Below, piece after piece: positions 24,571 to 40,781 of a DNA stretch of 64,000 nt. A model generated the notes under the pieces. It ran no database searches. It was not told the origin of the DNA and saw only the letters and a program-made list of their open reading frames with translations. A program made the translations under genes and the position numbers. The DNA comes from Gonapodya sp. JEL0774. Taxonomy: Eukaryota. Where the stretch lies: NCBI GenBank assembly GCA_027604505.1, contig JADIIX010000042.1:62001-126000 (forward strand), written 5' to 3'. The stretch's first letter is position 1; each line of letters opens with the position of its first letter.

Positions 24571-26803
24571 ATGGCCTCCAACATTGTCACCAATGTCGCA
24601 GACATGCCCCGGCGGTTCGATGTGATCGTGATTGGAGCCGGAGTTGCAGGGAATCCTTTGGCGGTTGTCTTGGCGAAGCAGAGGAAGAATGTACTTTTAA
24701 TCGGTATGGGAAGCGCGTCGTGTGGCATGCACCGCTGTGTGTTCAATTTCAATTTGCTCTGCCGGCTCATGTGTGCCATCGAATCAGAACGCGACCTTTC
24801 ACAGCCGGATCGGATTGTGGGGGAGCTCCTGCAACCTGGAGGTGTTCATAGCTTGACGGCGATGGGAATGGGAGGTACGCTGTCGTCCTTGGTCGGCCGA
24901 TCCCATTGCCCGCGAACAGCCTTGTATAAAACGGAAATCTATCACAGACTGCCTCTCGGGCATCAACGCTGCCCCTTGCTATGGCTACGATGTTATTATT
25001 CCCGCCACAGATGATCCATCTGGCCAACCCTACCCTGATAACATCCGCCGATCCGTTCTCCTTCCGTACCCAAAGAATGGCACCCTTTCCTCCCCATCCA
25101 AATCCGCAAGCTCTAATGGATCCGAGGGTAGGGACAGTGGATACTTTCCCGAGGAAGAGGCTTCAGTGGCGCCCAACATTGGACAGGGTTTCCATCACGG
25201 AAGGTTCATATCGAGGTTGAGAGCTCGATCAACAACCACAGAGGGGTAAGTAATCGAGCTTAGAGTCTCTCATGCCGTGCATTTCTGCTGTGTAAACCAA
25301 ATCTAACGGCATGTTGCGGCCGACGCAGAGTCACCACATTGGAAGCGACTTGCACTTCCCTGATCAAAGAGCCCACGACGGAGAGGATTGTCGGCGTCAC
25401 CGTATCTATCAAGGGCCAGGCGGAGGAGATTGAGGTAATAATTTGCATCTTATGTGCCTCTTATCGTGATTGGAGTCCATTCATATTGTGCTCGAACCAC
25501 AATCCCGCACACGCGGCCTCTTGCACCAATTCATGCCATCAAGTTCTTCGCTTCCCTCACCATGGTCGCCGATGGCTGCTTTTCCAAATTCCGGCGGGAC
25601 TACATCCCCACACCCGTGGTGGTCAAAGGACACTTTGTCGGAGTGGAACTGCGCAACTGCCCCTTACCGGGTCCCGAGCACGGCAACGTCATCCTGGCGC
25701 ACCCTAGTCCTGTGCTCTTTTATGCAATTGGAAAGTATGAGAACGATACGGGCCCGATTGACGAGGATGGCAACAGGGTGTGGAACGAAGTCAGGGCGCT
25801 GATTGACATTCCAGGCGGGGATATGAAGAAGGCGACGGGAGGGGACTTGAAGGGATATCTGGAGACCAAAATTCTGCCACAATTGCCCTCAACGATCCAG
25901 GTATGTGTTGGGAGAACTGCCGAGTTTTCAGTGTTCGTACTGGTACCACAAGGAGTCACACTACGTCCTCTGAACTCCTTTGCACTATCCAATATTCTAT
26001 GGCAACCTATCAATGCTTTATCGCAGCCTGCATTCGCCAAGGCAATCGCCACATCTCGTCTCCGCAGCATGCCGAACCAGTACCTCCCGGCACCTAACCA
26101 AAACTCCACCTTCCCATCCGGTCTCATCCTCGTCGGCGACTCCCAAAATATGCGACATCCATTGACGGGTGGAGGCATGACAGTCGCGTTTGAAGATGTG
26201 CGATTGCTTGGGGAGGAGATGGCGGGGCTTTCGGCGGAAGAGCTGGTGGACGAGAAGAAGGTAAGGGGGGCGGTGAAGAGGTGGATGAGGAGGAGGTTGG
26301 GGATGTCTGGTGTCGTGAATGTGCTGGCTATGGCTTTGTACGATTTGTTTGCTGCGGGGGATGGTGGGTACACTTATGGAGTGCGCTGTCCACTGTGATG
26401 CTGATAGTTGCCGTCCTTGGTAGATGAAAACCTGAAGACTTTGAGAGACGCAACGTTCTCTTATTTTGAAGTCGGTGGAAATTGCGTCGCTGGACCTGTA
26501 TCGCTGCTTGCAGGGTGAGTACACCATTCGCAGTTTCCTTACAAAAGTTCATCTCCTCACTCACACCTTGCCGCCCTCCTCTACCCTCCACATTTCGATT
26601 ATAGAATATTGAAGTCACCCGTCTCTCTATTGTCCCATTTCCTCGCCGTTGCCGTATATGGGTCCTTTATAATTGTACGGAAGGGTGGTCTCTTGCGGGC
26701 ACCCTTGAGCATTGCCCAGTGCACGCAAGTCATGTGGCGGGCAGTGAGTATCATTGCTCCGTTAGGATGGAAGGAAGGTTGGGCGACAATGGCTTGGCGA
26801 TAG
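24571..26803 (+). CDS. ERG1: Squalene epoxidase (squalene monooxygenase)
   Basis: FAD-binding DVIVIGAGVAG, ERDLSQPDRIVGELLQPGG, FHHGRF, VADGCFSKFR, GDSQNMRHPLTGGGMTVA; hydrophobic C-terminus. Confidence 0.95.
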
Positions 26804-27132
26804 CGACGCGCTTGTGGACATATGAACTCTGTGATGTGTACCGTGGGGGCTACCATTTACATTTATTATTTTCTTGTGTAGAAGACTACTACCACGAGAC
26901 TCTGTGAGTCCGATTTAGTTCACGAATATAGACGAGCGCAAGCAAAGTTGACCGAAATGACGTTTGGCTGTTTCCGTCCCGACAACAAAACTGGCACGAC
27001 CTGGTGAGGTGAGCCAGACTCCCAAATTTCCGACGAATCCCGTCGACATTTCCTTCACACTTTTTCGTGGATTCGTCCCATCGATCACGCCGATTTTCCC
27101 CTTTTTGTCCTGCTTACCCCGTATCTCCAGCA

Positions 27133-28896
27133 ATGCATCGCTCTGTTGCCTTCCTCCGCCAAGGTCAGCACGACTCCATGAATGCTTTGCGATTTTATCC
27201 CGGGAGTTGTCATGAATTGACGCATTGCTTTTGATATCTCTATCGCTTGCGGTTTTTGATGGCTGCCTTGCCGTCGATTATTTCCGCGTGTTGGTTACCC
27301 GGAATTCGTTGTTCGCGCGTCACGGTTCCGAACACAGCCCGAGGGTACGCGACCTCTTCATCCCTCTACGAGCAGACAGTGAACAACCTCAAGCTGAATG
27401 AGAACTCGAAAGTTATCGTTCAGGGATTCACGGGCAAGCAGGTGCTACCAACCACAATCCAATGTTCCTCTGTCGAGTCATTGGACTCACACCTGCTCTT
27501 CCCCGCAATCCCTCACCCACTCCCCACCGCTCTCTTCTAAATTCTGCATTATCTTAAATTGCAATCGTTCAGGGAACGTTTCACGCGAGGCAGGCAATCG
27601 CGTATGGGACGAAGGTTGTTGGAGGTGTGTCACCGGGAAAGGGAGGACAATCGCACCTGGAGTTGCCCGTGTTTAACAACTGCAGGGAGGTGAGTGCCTC
27701 AAATATTAAGTCGGGAGGGTGAATCCGGCATTGTGCCAAATGGCATCACCAAAACAAAACTCGAATACACGTTGTTCTTCCCCACACGTTCCAAGGCCGC
27801 CCGAGTCCTCCAACCCCACGCCACCGCCATCTACGTTCCTCCCCCTGGTGCAGCTGCCGCTATTCTCGAGGCCATCGAGGCGGAGATCCCACTCATTGTC
27901 GCCATCACCGAGGGTATCCCGCAACATGACATGGTCCGTGTTGTTGACGCGCTCAAGTCCCAGAACAAATCCCGTATGGTGGGACCCAACTGCCCTGGAA
28001 TCATCGCCCCTGAAGCGTGCAAGATTGGAATCATGCCTGGTCACATTCACAAAAAGGGTATCATCGGTGAGTCACTCCACTTGAACAACTGGCGTTCCAT
28101 CACAAGAGCGCATGCCCCACAGAGATCTTCAACGAACCTCTTTATTTTTGAATTGCGTCATTAGGTGTCGTCTCCCGCTCCGGTACACTCACCTACGAGG
28201 CCGTCAATCAGACCACCGAAGCCGGTCTGGGCCAAACCCTGTGTGTCGGTATCGGCGGTGACCCTTTCCAGGGCACAAACTTCATCGACTGCCTGAAAGT
28301 ATTCCTCGAGGATGATAACACCAAAGGTGAGTTGTGCAAGGTTGCAAGACCCAAGGTCTTAAGGCGCGGACGATTCAACGGACCGGAGCGAGGCGTCGGA
28401 GCACCCTCAATCGTTACATAGACTAAACACATCGCGATTTCTATTTTGTTACGTCGCCACCACTACAAGGTATCATCCTCATCGGTGAAATCGGCGGAAG
28501 CGCCGAAGAAGCCGCAGCTGACTACCTGAAGGCCTACAACACCTCCAACAAGCCGGTCGTGTCCTTCATCGCCGGTCGCACCGCTCCTCCGGGCAGACGA
28601 ATGGGACACGCCGGTGCCATTGTGTCTGGTGGAAAGGGAACAGCAGAGGACAAGATTCTGGCACTCGAGAGTGCGGGAGGTACGTTCTCAGGGTTCTGGT
28701 GAGGGCTATTTGTTGGTTGGCTTCCTCTAATAACATCTTGCCACAGTCACTGTCATTCAGTCGCCCGCAAAGCTTGGGAGCACGATGAAGGAGGTGAGAA
28801 GTTACATCCGGTGTTGTTTAGGCAATCTCTCGATAATCATATATTTTCTTTACTTCCCGTAAGCTCTGCGTATCTGCTGGAATTGTCAAGGCTTAG
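27133..28896 (+). CDS. LSC1: Succinyl-CoA ligase subunit alpha, mitochondrial
   Basis: [43 protein letters not shown] and the phosphohistidine motif GRRMGHAGA. Confidence 0.95.
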
Positions 28897-29039
28897 GTGC
28901 CTGAGTGTCTTTCCATCATCCTCTGTAATAGTGGTGGTGGTGGTACTCAGTGAAGATTGCGCGATAGTTTGTGTATGTGAAGCAATATATACGATCAGAA
29001 ACTGAATAACAAAAATAATTGTGTCGGTTAGCCCTGTGG

Positions 29040-32000
29040 CTACAGAGCGGTGGCCTCCGTCTCGCCAACATCGTCGGTAACACCAAGTTTCCGGTATTCT
29101 GCGGTCAGTAACTCCATCACAGTTTTGTGAGAAGCCCCTTGATTTTCGGACCTCAACTTGGCAAAGTTGTCCTATTTTTGAGTAGATAAATTGAGAAAAC
29201 GGTGGGTGCCACGTTGAGGATGCGCACTGACCTTCATAAACGTTTGAAACTTCGATGGGGCACGGGGAGTTCCATCTTTTTTCAACTTGTCCTGGAGAAT
29301 AAGGCGGCTGCAACATATAGTGAGGTGAGTCCTTCTTGCCAAATTCTCTGTTGAGGCTCACCCTTTGCATTCCCCACAAACATGAACTTCAACATTGATA
29401 GACTTGGAGTGGCGACCGTATCTAGTTACACCCAGGATGTTCATTGAATTATCAACTGTGACCGCCTTGGACACAAAACTGCAGTGCATTTTCAACTCAC
29501 ATCTTACCACATCCGGTGCACTGGTATTTAAACTTATAATCAATTTCATATGAATGGCACGTTGTAACTTCCAGATCCGGGTACGCTCGGGAGGCTTTTG
29601 CTCCCCTAAAAAGAAGTGGAATCTCCGTTTTGAATGTTGGAATCAAGGGAGGCATCATGATCTTGACAAACGTACCAGCTTTTGAACACTCGTCCATGTG
29701 GAGGCTTGTCTACATGATTTATGAGCCATGTAGCGGCATGACACATCTGCCAAAGAGACCTGAGTCGGTTGGTACAGTTTTGGCATATTGGATGTCTCAC
29801 CTCATGAACCAGTGTGCTACGTAATTTCTCTGCGATTTGGACCGCAAACTTCATTGAGTCACAAGTCTGTTTATTGCAATATCCGAAAAGCATACCTGTG
29901 GTGTCTAGAACTTTCGTTGACAATTCGATTCTGGCAGAGAAGAGCCAGTCCCCATCAGAGTACTCCCTAGAAAGCATAGCATATCGTTACAGTTTCAGTT
30001 TCATAAACTTAACACTAGGACGATAACTCACCTCTTCGTATAACAGCGACCTGCAGTGGTGTTGAGTCGCTTGCTCCATTCAACGCGCAAATTTTCGGGT
30101 AGTTGATTCGAAAACACATTTCGATTAAATTCAGCGAATAGTTCGCGAGTAAGCTTTTCACGATCTTGTTCTCTCCTCAGCACCATGGGCTTTGTGGTCG
30201 ACTGTGGCGTCCGAACCGCAGGAGAACCAAAAGACGGAGTCTTTGGTGGTCGTCCGTACGTGGGCGTCGACAGCAGACGAGGAGTTTTGGGGGTTCCTGA
30301 ATCAACGCAGTTGAGGTCTTCCTACCGAAAATCACCCTCTGATACGAACTCACCAAACTTTGAGGTGGGTGCATGGGGCACGCTACATTCTGGGCTCTTG
30401 CTAGGTGTCCAAACGTCGGCTGCTGGTCCTGCTGAATGGTCCTTCCTCGGGGTGCTGCGATCACAGTCTAATTTGAAGGGCTTTCGTGACTTGGAACCGG
30501 GGCTTTCATTGGCGGCGAGAGCGCTCCAGATCCCACTAACAAATCATTTAAGAACGACCACTCACAAGGTAATGACTGCGGATGAAAAATCGTCATCATC
30601 AGAGTCCAAGTCCACCGACTGAGAAGAGTCCTCTGGACCCAGTTCAACACGCATTTTAGAGTTCTGATTTTGGCAATCTTGAAGACTGCTATCCGCCATG
30701 AGGCTAGAGTGCAAAGGACTTATCACTTTTGGACGGGTCTTGGTTCGCTTAAGGTGCTCTGAAGGACTTTGCTCGCTTTCGCTGTCCGATATTATGATTG
30801 GCGCAACAAAGTTTGTACCCGTAGCTGTCGTTGCACCTTCCTCATCACTGCTGTCGTCGGAGATAACACGAACCCTTCGCTTTGCTCTTGACGGCGTCAT
30901 CGGGATCAATTCAGCAGACTCGCCGATCACAACAGAAGTGTTGCCAAACGCAGCGGGAGAGTCGGCGGGTTTATCAAGAACGTCAAAGCTCGAGGAGCTT
31001 TGTCCCACAGGTATTTTTCCAAAACGCAATTGCGTGCTACTCGGATTAGAAAGTTCCTCTTCACAAGAAGCAAAGCTCTGAGGGCTTAAGCTGAAAGGGG
31101 ACGTGCTATTGGAGGAGTCATTTGGAGCATTTGCGCCGAAACCCCCGGAGAGTTTTGGAGCATCTGAAATGTTTATGAACTCCGTGTGTAACAAGGGAGT
31201 GTTTGCAGCACTGCTAGGCAGGGAAGATGTCTTGAGTGAAGCCATCGCGATCGTCAGTCGATCAAGAATCGATGTAACCCCCTCGTTGTCCCCAGATGCA
31301 ACTTGGCGATCCAAATCACGCGTAGGTGCTGCAGCAGCCATCTCACCGGCCGAATGGACTGCCGAGACGACAACATGAAGGGTTTCCGTAGTGTTGGCTT
31401 CCGTACCGTGCAAAGATTGGGGAGAGTGGAAGTCACGAGCATCTTTGAAAGAATCTTCGCCACTATCGCTGTCATCAATAACCATAGGCCGTCGTCTCCG
31501 AGGTGTGACCTTCGTCGCCGAATGTGATGTTTTGTGCCCCGGCGATAGAGGTGCAGGTAGTGCTGTTTCATCCATTGCCGGAAACGATCTGAAATGGGGA
31601 GTCGGAGAACCATCGCCGGCCAGGCTTGTCCGAGGTCTTCTGAGCGGTGTCCGTGATGTAGTCGCAGCGGGGGACTCGTCGGAGTTAAGCATGATTTGCG
31701 AAACCGTTGGAAAGCTGGAGGTTGGTGATGCGACAGACGGAGACAGCAAAGAGTCTGAGAAATCTGAGTCGTCCTTGTTACTGTTACCCTCTGCGAGCTC
31801 GGTAGCCTCTCCACGTTCCCTCCATAGCCTGAAACTACCGTCTGGATCTTCCTCATCTTCTTCGACCTCACAAAAAGAATCCTGTTCATAGTCATTGTCC
31901 GTCCATTCCCGGCTATCCTCGCTGTCACTACCCAGGTCTCGGGCATGTCTTTCATGCATTTCATCGTTCGAATCAGGATCAGGATCTGAAAGGTCTCCCT

Positions 32001-33015
32001 CTCGAACCTCCACAGCAAACGAAACTCGTGGTCGTACCCGCGAGATTCCGCCTCGTTTGGGGCTGCTTCGCCGCGCACCTCCACGGGGACGAGATGGGAT
32101 ACTAGTCTTAGTGGAACTGGACTTTCCTGATAGGGCATGCCGTGTTCGTGAAGGTGCGCTTGTAGAAGAGGCTGAGTCCTCAACTTGCTTGTCCGTCGGG
32201 ATATCGTCACCGCTGTCATCAGACAACACAATTGCTTCCGTCACCGTTCCCGCTCCCAGGGGAAAATAACACGATGATGATCCCAACAGTTTTTCGGCGC
32301 GAGAGGGAGTTTGCATCGAATCCAGAGTCATAGATCTGTTGAAAGAGTTCTCAGAAACACTGTCGGAGAAATGCATAAAATTCTCCTGTTCCTCTGGATT
32401 TTGCACTTCCGCTTTCTCCTGAGATGCGAATGACTGATCCCTCCAAGTATTCTGACCGGTGACTGCGTTGGGACGCGCCTTCGCGGTTCCCAATGAGACA
32501 TTGTCCAACTCAGCAGCAAGATGGTCCACAGAGATTTCAGGTGGGGTGTTGACAGAGCGAGGAGCAAGAACGTTGGTTTGGAGAGGTTTCGGTTTTGGCT
32601 GGGTGTTGTTACGCGATTCAATCGCAGCTTGCAGGTAAGATTCCGGTGAAGGAAAGTCATCATCATCGCTATCCCCGATGGAAATTGCCCACTGAGGATC
32701 GTTGGTTGGACTTTCGATGAGTAGGCTGCTCCAGAGTTCTACCTAACGAGACTCACAGGCTTGAAAGGAGCACCAAACTTTCGTGGTCCCATCGGCTTTG
32801 TTAGCCGAGGGGGAAAAGTGGCTGAATTGAAGGTTAATCAAGCGAAACTGAGTGCCCGGAGGACGGATGCAGAAGATGGAGCGCACCTTTCTCGTGGGAC
32901 GACGAGCCTCGAGCGCGCCCAGAAGAGATCTTGCGAGGATGTCGCGCGTTTTCCTTGTCCCGCATGGCCGCTTTGTGGGTAGCGTTGTATCTACCACCTT
33001 TCCAAGCGATGGCAT
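29040..33015 (-). CDS. GCNA/ACRC-like protein: long acidic disordered region, SprT metalloprotease, zinc knuckle and HMG-box-like tail (start approximate)
   Basis: More than 650 aa of Ser/Asp-rich low-complexity sequence, then FNRNVF...WSKRLNTTAG, TLVHE|MCHAATWLI, PHGRVFKSW, CHSYEIDYKFKYQCTGCG, RHSKS...CGECKG, and PSKFQTFMK|DNFAKLR. Confidence 0.85.
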
Positions 33016-33265
33016 GATATGCGGTGAATGCCTCCATCGATCCCCTCTGCAAACACTCAAGTTGAGCTAACTCTTACTTTGAGCACTTTGGCCTTCCATT
33101 CCGTGCAATCGGTGCCCGTATACAATCGAAAATCGGAACTCTGATCCAGTATATGGGGATCGTGTGGCCTCGGCACTACACATGAAACACACTCTGTCAT
33201 CTCTTCTCAAGCGATTGATAAAAAAATCATTATACAAGGGTATAGGACACCAAGTCAACATATGT

Positions 33266-36861
<3,596 letters not shown>

Positions 36862-37126
36862 GCCCAAGAATGCAACAACTCAGTGGGTTGATTTGATTGA
36901 ATGGGAGACTCAAACGTGGAGAAATATGGCGAAGGCTCTGCAACCGTTCAGAAACGCCAAATTGGAGGTGGTCGCGTTTCAAATCAACGAGCTTTTGGTG
37001 AACTGGTGTCCGATGTTTGGAAACCTGAGGTCACCGTTGCGAAGTGAACAGTGCTCGGTCCACCGGCCATATTCTGAATTCAAATTGAGCTATTCGTCGT
37101 TGTTAAGCTACAACATTGAATCTTCG

Positions 37127-39599
37127 TCATTCTTTCTTCCCGCAGCGTTCGCACTCGCATATGAATCCCCAACCTGCCTTCAAAACTTTCCTCCGTTCCT
37201 CTGTGCTATCGACGGAATCTACATCGATCCACGCCAAACTTACTATTTCCCCCTCCTTTATGTCTCGTTTCGCCACCACTCTGCATTTGGCAGTCTCGTC
37301 AGGATGTGTAAGTTCGGCACTAGGGTTACATGAGTGAGAGGCGTAGGAGCTGACCAAATAGAGTGCGGTGGCAGTGACAGGATTGGCAGTCAGACTCTTA
37401 GCAGAGCGAATAGGGCGTTTGGTGGGCTTAGTGGGAGATGCTGATGACGGAGCACTGTCCTCCTCGACCGCAGAGTGTTTCCCCGATGCGGGAGGGACTA
37501 CACTTGTGACATCGGAGACATCAGTTTCGGCAGTGGTGGTGGGTGCGGAAACTGCGAGTTCCGCAACTCCTGTAGGCGACGCCTCAGCAGGTTCGGTGTC
37601 GACAGCAGGGGCTTCAGCGATAGTGTCCTCAGCCGCAGCGACGGCATCCACATCAACAGATTTTGGGGTTGAAGTCTCCGCAGGTGCAGGGAGTCGAGTC
37701 GGGTTCGGGTTGAAATGAATGCCGTATGCATTATACAACAGCTTTCCTCTCATCTTGCGATACTGTTCTTCATTTAGGACTGAGACATGCGTATCGCAAT
37801 GAATAGTTAGTGTATGCACTAAGGAACGATTCGAAAAAGGCGTACCTTCTTCGAGTCCTGGTAATTGAGGACCCAATATCTCCGTGATCATCTCAATTTC
37901 TTTTGCATCCGCCTCAGCAGCACCATCCTTGTCCTTCTCGAGAGCCTCCATATCGATGTATTGCATCCTCTCAAGATGCGCAAAAACGCTGACCTTCTTG
38001 GCCTCTTCTGGATCCTCCGTTGGTGCTTCACCCCCCGCGTCAATAGCAGCAGCAACTTCGGCCAACTTTCGCAACTGTGAGCGGCGTTCACCAACTAGAA
38101 GAGCGTAGAATCGTGCGATAATGAGGGGGTGCGAAGAGTTGAGTTCTCCGTTGTGTTTGAGCAAACGAGCGAATACCGCTCGAGTTGAAACAGGGTCAAA
38201 TCCGAGGGGATCAAGATCAGCGTCACCAGGCTCTCCCTCCAAGTCGACGCCAGATTCAGACGACGGTGTGAGGAACTAAATGTGCAGATAAAGTCAACAC
38301 CGACGCGTTTTGGCACATGCAAATGGGCACGTCAGTGTTGAGGCCTCAACTACAAACCTGATCCCAAAGTTCATTGCTTTTGTCCCGGCAGACTGCAGAA
38401 CAGAATACAAGTCCATTCTTCTCGATTTTGAGACCGGATGCAGTGGCCTCATTCGGCTCTGCTTCCCCTTCATCGACGTGCCCATTTGCATTTACGTCAA
38501 TGCTCTTGAGGCACAGAGAGCAGTAGTCACCAGTACCCTAATCAAGGTGAAGAAAAAATAAATATCATTTGAATCATTCACGAAGCTTCAGCTTTTACCT
38601 CGTATCTGGCTTCCAAACCAGCAATCAGTGGTTCTTCCACGAATAGCTCCTCACCCTGTGCGAAATCTTTTAACGCGACAAGGGATCTTTTGAGAGAACC
38701 ATCCACAAGCTTCTCTTGCACTTTAACTGGGAACTTTGCGGGGTCGGGGAAGTGTTTGAAGTATGCTTGGCGACGTTTGGTCGATTCCCGTGTGGTCTAT
38801 GTCGAGCAAAAACTGATGAGAAACACCAGTACGTCATGGGCCACCCAGTGACTGCGTGAAGAACTCACGTAGGCTTTGAACAGATCCAAAATAGAAATGA
38901 GCACTTCCTCAGGAATGCTCCTCTGCAGTATCATCAGCAAGTCCATCGGTCTCTCGTAGACCACAAGGGCCTTGAAGAATGCTACAGCTGAGACATCATT
39001 AAACTGGGGCCCCTGCCTGAACAGCATTTCTCCCTGCAGAATATGATTCTTGCAGTATGTCTCAAACTCTGTCGGGTCTGTAGGCAAGGGGTCCTCCTTG
39101 TCCTCTTCCATCGCCAAAATAATACTGCTGGCAGCTTCCGCGCGCTCCTCTGCGTTCTTGGCGGATGCGAATGGCTGCCTTCCAACACCAGTAGGTAGTG
39201 AAGACCCTGGTCCAGTGAGAATCGAGGCAGGTGAGGCATCTTTCTGTTTTTTCTCCGCAGCCGCTCTCTGCTCTGCATGGACTTTTTGATTGATTTCTGC
39301 CTTCTTCCGCTCGCTTTCTTGTAAGGTGTGTGAAATGATATCAACCACGATTATTGGCCACCACATCACAGGCAAGAAGCAAATGAGGTAGTATTACAGG
39401 TCAAAAGATACGGCAGGTGGGTTATCGATTGTCGCAACTTTGGGCATCGCCCCAACGTACTGAGTTTTCGGCGGAACTGGGCATTGTTCCGTCGTTGGTA
39501 GTCAAAGTAAAGAGCGTATCCCACGACACCGGCGGCCACGACGGCAGTTGTGCCAAGAAGCACATTACGTGTACTCCATGTGTCCGAGGGATCCGTCAT
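37127..39599 (-). CDS. TOM20: Tom20 (MAS20) import receptor fused to a SMYD-type SET domain
   Basis: N-terminus GVVGYALYFDYQRRNNAQFRRKL and FFKALVVYERPMDLLMILQRSIPEEV (Tom20); spliced in frame to RSLVALKDFAQGEELFVEEP, CSLC...FCSAVC, SHSCNPSA, RDIKEGE and WGFICECERC. Confidence 0.85.
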
Positions 39600-39817
39600 C
39601 GCGATGAAAACAAGAGGAAACGTTACGCGGATGCGAGATAGAGAGGGAAATTCTTCACCTCATCAAGCATGACGAATCGCATCCCCCCCGCCAACAAAAA
39701 AAAAAAAAATCAAACGATAATAAAATATCGACATGAATTCCCAGCATCTTTGGGTGTATTATGTACAGTGAAAGTAGGATAATCAAGTTTGACCGAGTTT
39801 CGGCTCTTTTCAGTTCA

Positions 39818-40316
39818 TCAATGGGACAAAATCGCACGCCGCATTGCCGGCAATTGTTTAACGGTACTGGAACATTTGTGATCCTCTGGGAAGCGATGAC
39901 TGGGGTGATGGAGCAAATGAATGAGTGTGTAGAATGAGTGAGACACCAACATACAGAAGCACTCACGAGAAACAGAAGTCTCGTCGACAACCACGGCACG
40001 TCACTCGCTGCCATTCACTTTTTCGACATCCAGGAAGAGAGCATTTTACTTTCACTTTCTCCTTTTTGCATCCCCCTGCTATATGTCGGTCCATCGCATA
40101 GTCTGCTGTTTCCCCCTTGACCGCCGGCACAGGAGTTCCACATAACGGGCAATCCAGGGCCACGGCACTGTGAAGACCCGGGCATGAAGGGTGGTAGCGG
40201 GGATCCCTATGCTCAAGGCATGTCACAAGCGAGCAGTGGGAACAGGTGAAGGGCAAGAAGTCGAGCTGGTTGCAGTTGGGAGCGTTGCAGTGTTTTCCGA
40301 TATATGGAAGCTCCAT
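39818..40316 (-). CDS. AN1-type zinc finger protein, short ZFAND2A/Cuz1-like paralogue
   Basis: MELPYIGKHCNAPNCNQLDFLPFTCSHC...CLEHR; CPLCG...MDRHI; CRGCRRDFCFS|HRFPEDHKC; one intron; no UIM or CaaX. Confidence 0.85.
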
Positions 40317-40781
40317 CCTAGAGTTAGATGTCTGCTTTTGCTTGATGTGTTGGGGAGACGAATGTCCAGGCTGAGCGATTGGCAGAGGAGAGAAGAAGAT
40401 GTTGGGTTCTGAGTGGCGACACAGGGCGCGTTGAGAGGATCGAGAATTGTCAAAAGACGTCGAGTCCCGCAAGGGAGAGCTGAAATGTTGAGTTTCTTTG
40501 AGGACGATTCATTGATTTATGTGAAGGAAGGTTACGCAAGCAGACTGAGTTGTATAATCGGAGCATCGGATTACGAAATGGGTCCTTTCGTTCGCCTTCT
40601 CCGGTCTTCCATCTTAAGGGGATCACGAAAACGTCGAGCATCAATGAGATTGATGGTAGTGAAAGTATAATGCCAGTCTGTTACATGTGGTGGGCATTGT
40701 CATCAATGGTTATGTAGTAGGGGGAAGGGCCGGAGGTGGGGCTGGGGGGTTGCCTTTACCAAAAATTGAGACTTCGATTAT

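Noticed and set aside
21057..26803. Zn2Cys6 factor next to ERG1 as a possible Upc2-like sterol regulator or cluster
   Set aside because: No Upc2-specific similarity recognised, and no other sterol genes nearby
30698..32269. Long plus-strand ORFs opposite the GCNA disordered region, and similar antisense ORFs elsewhere
   Set aside because: Shadow ORFs of GC-rich, low-complexity coding sequence
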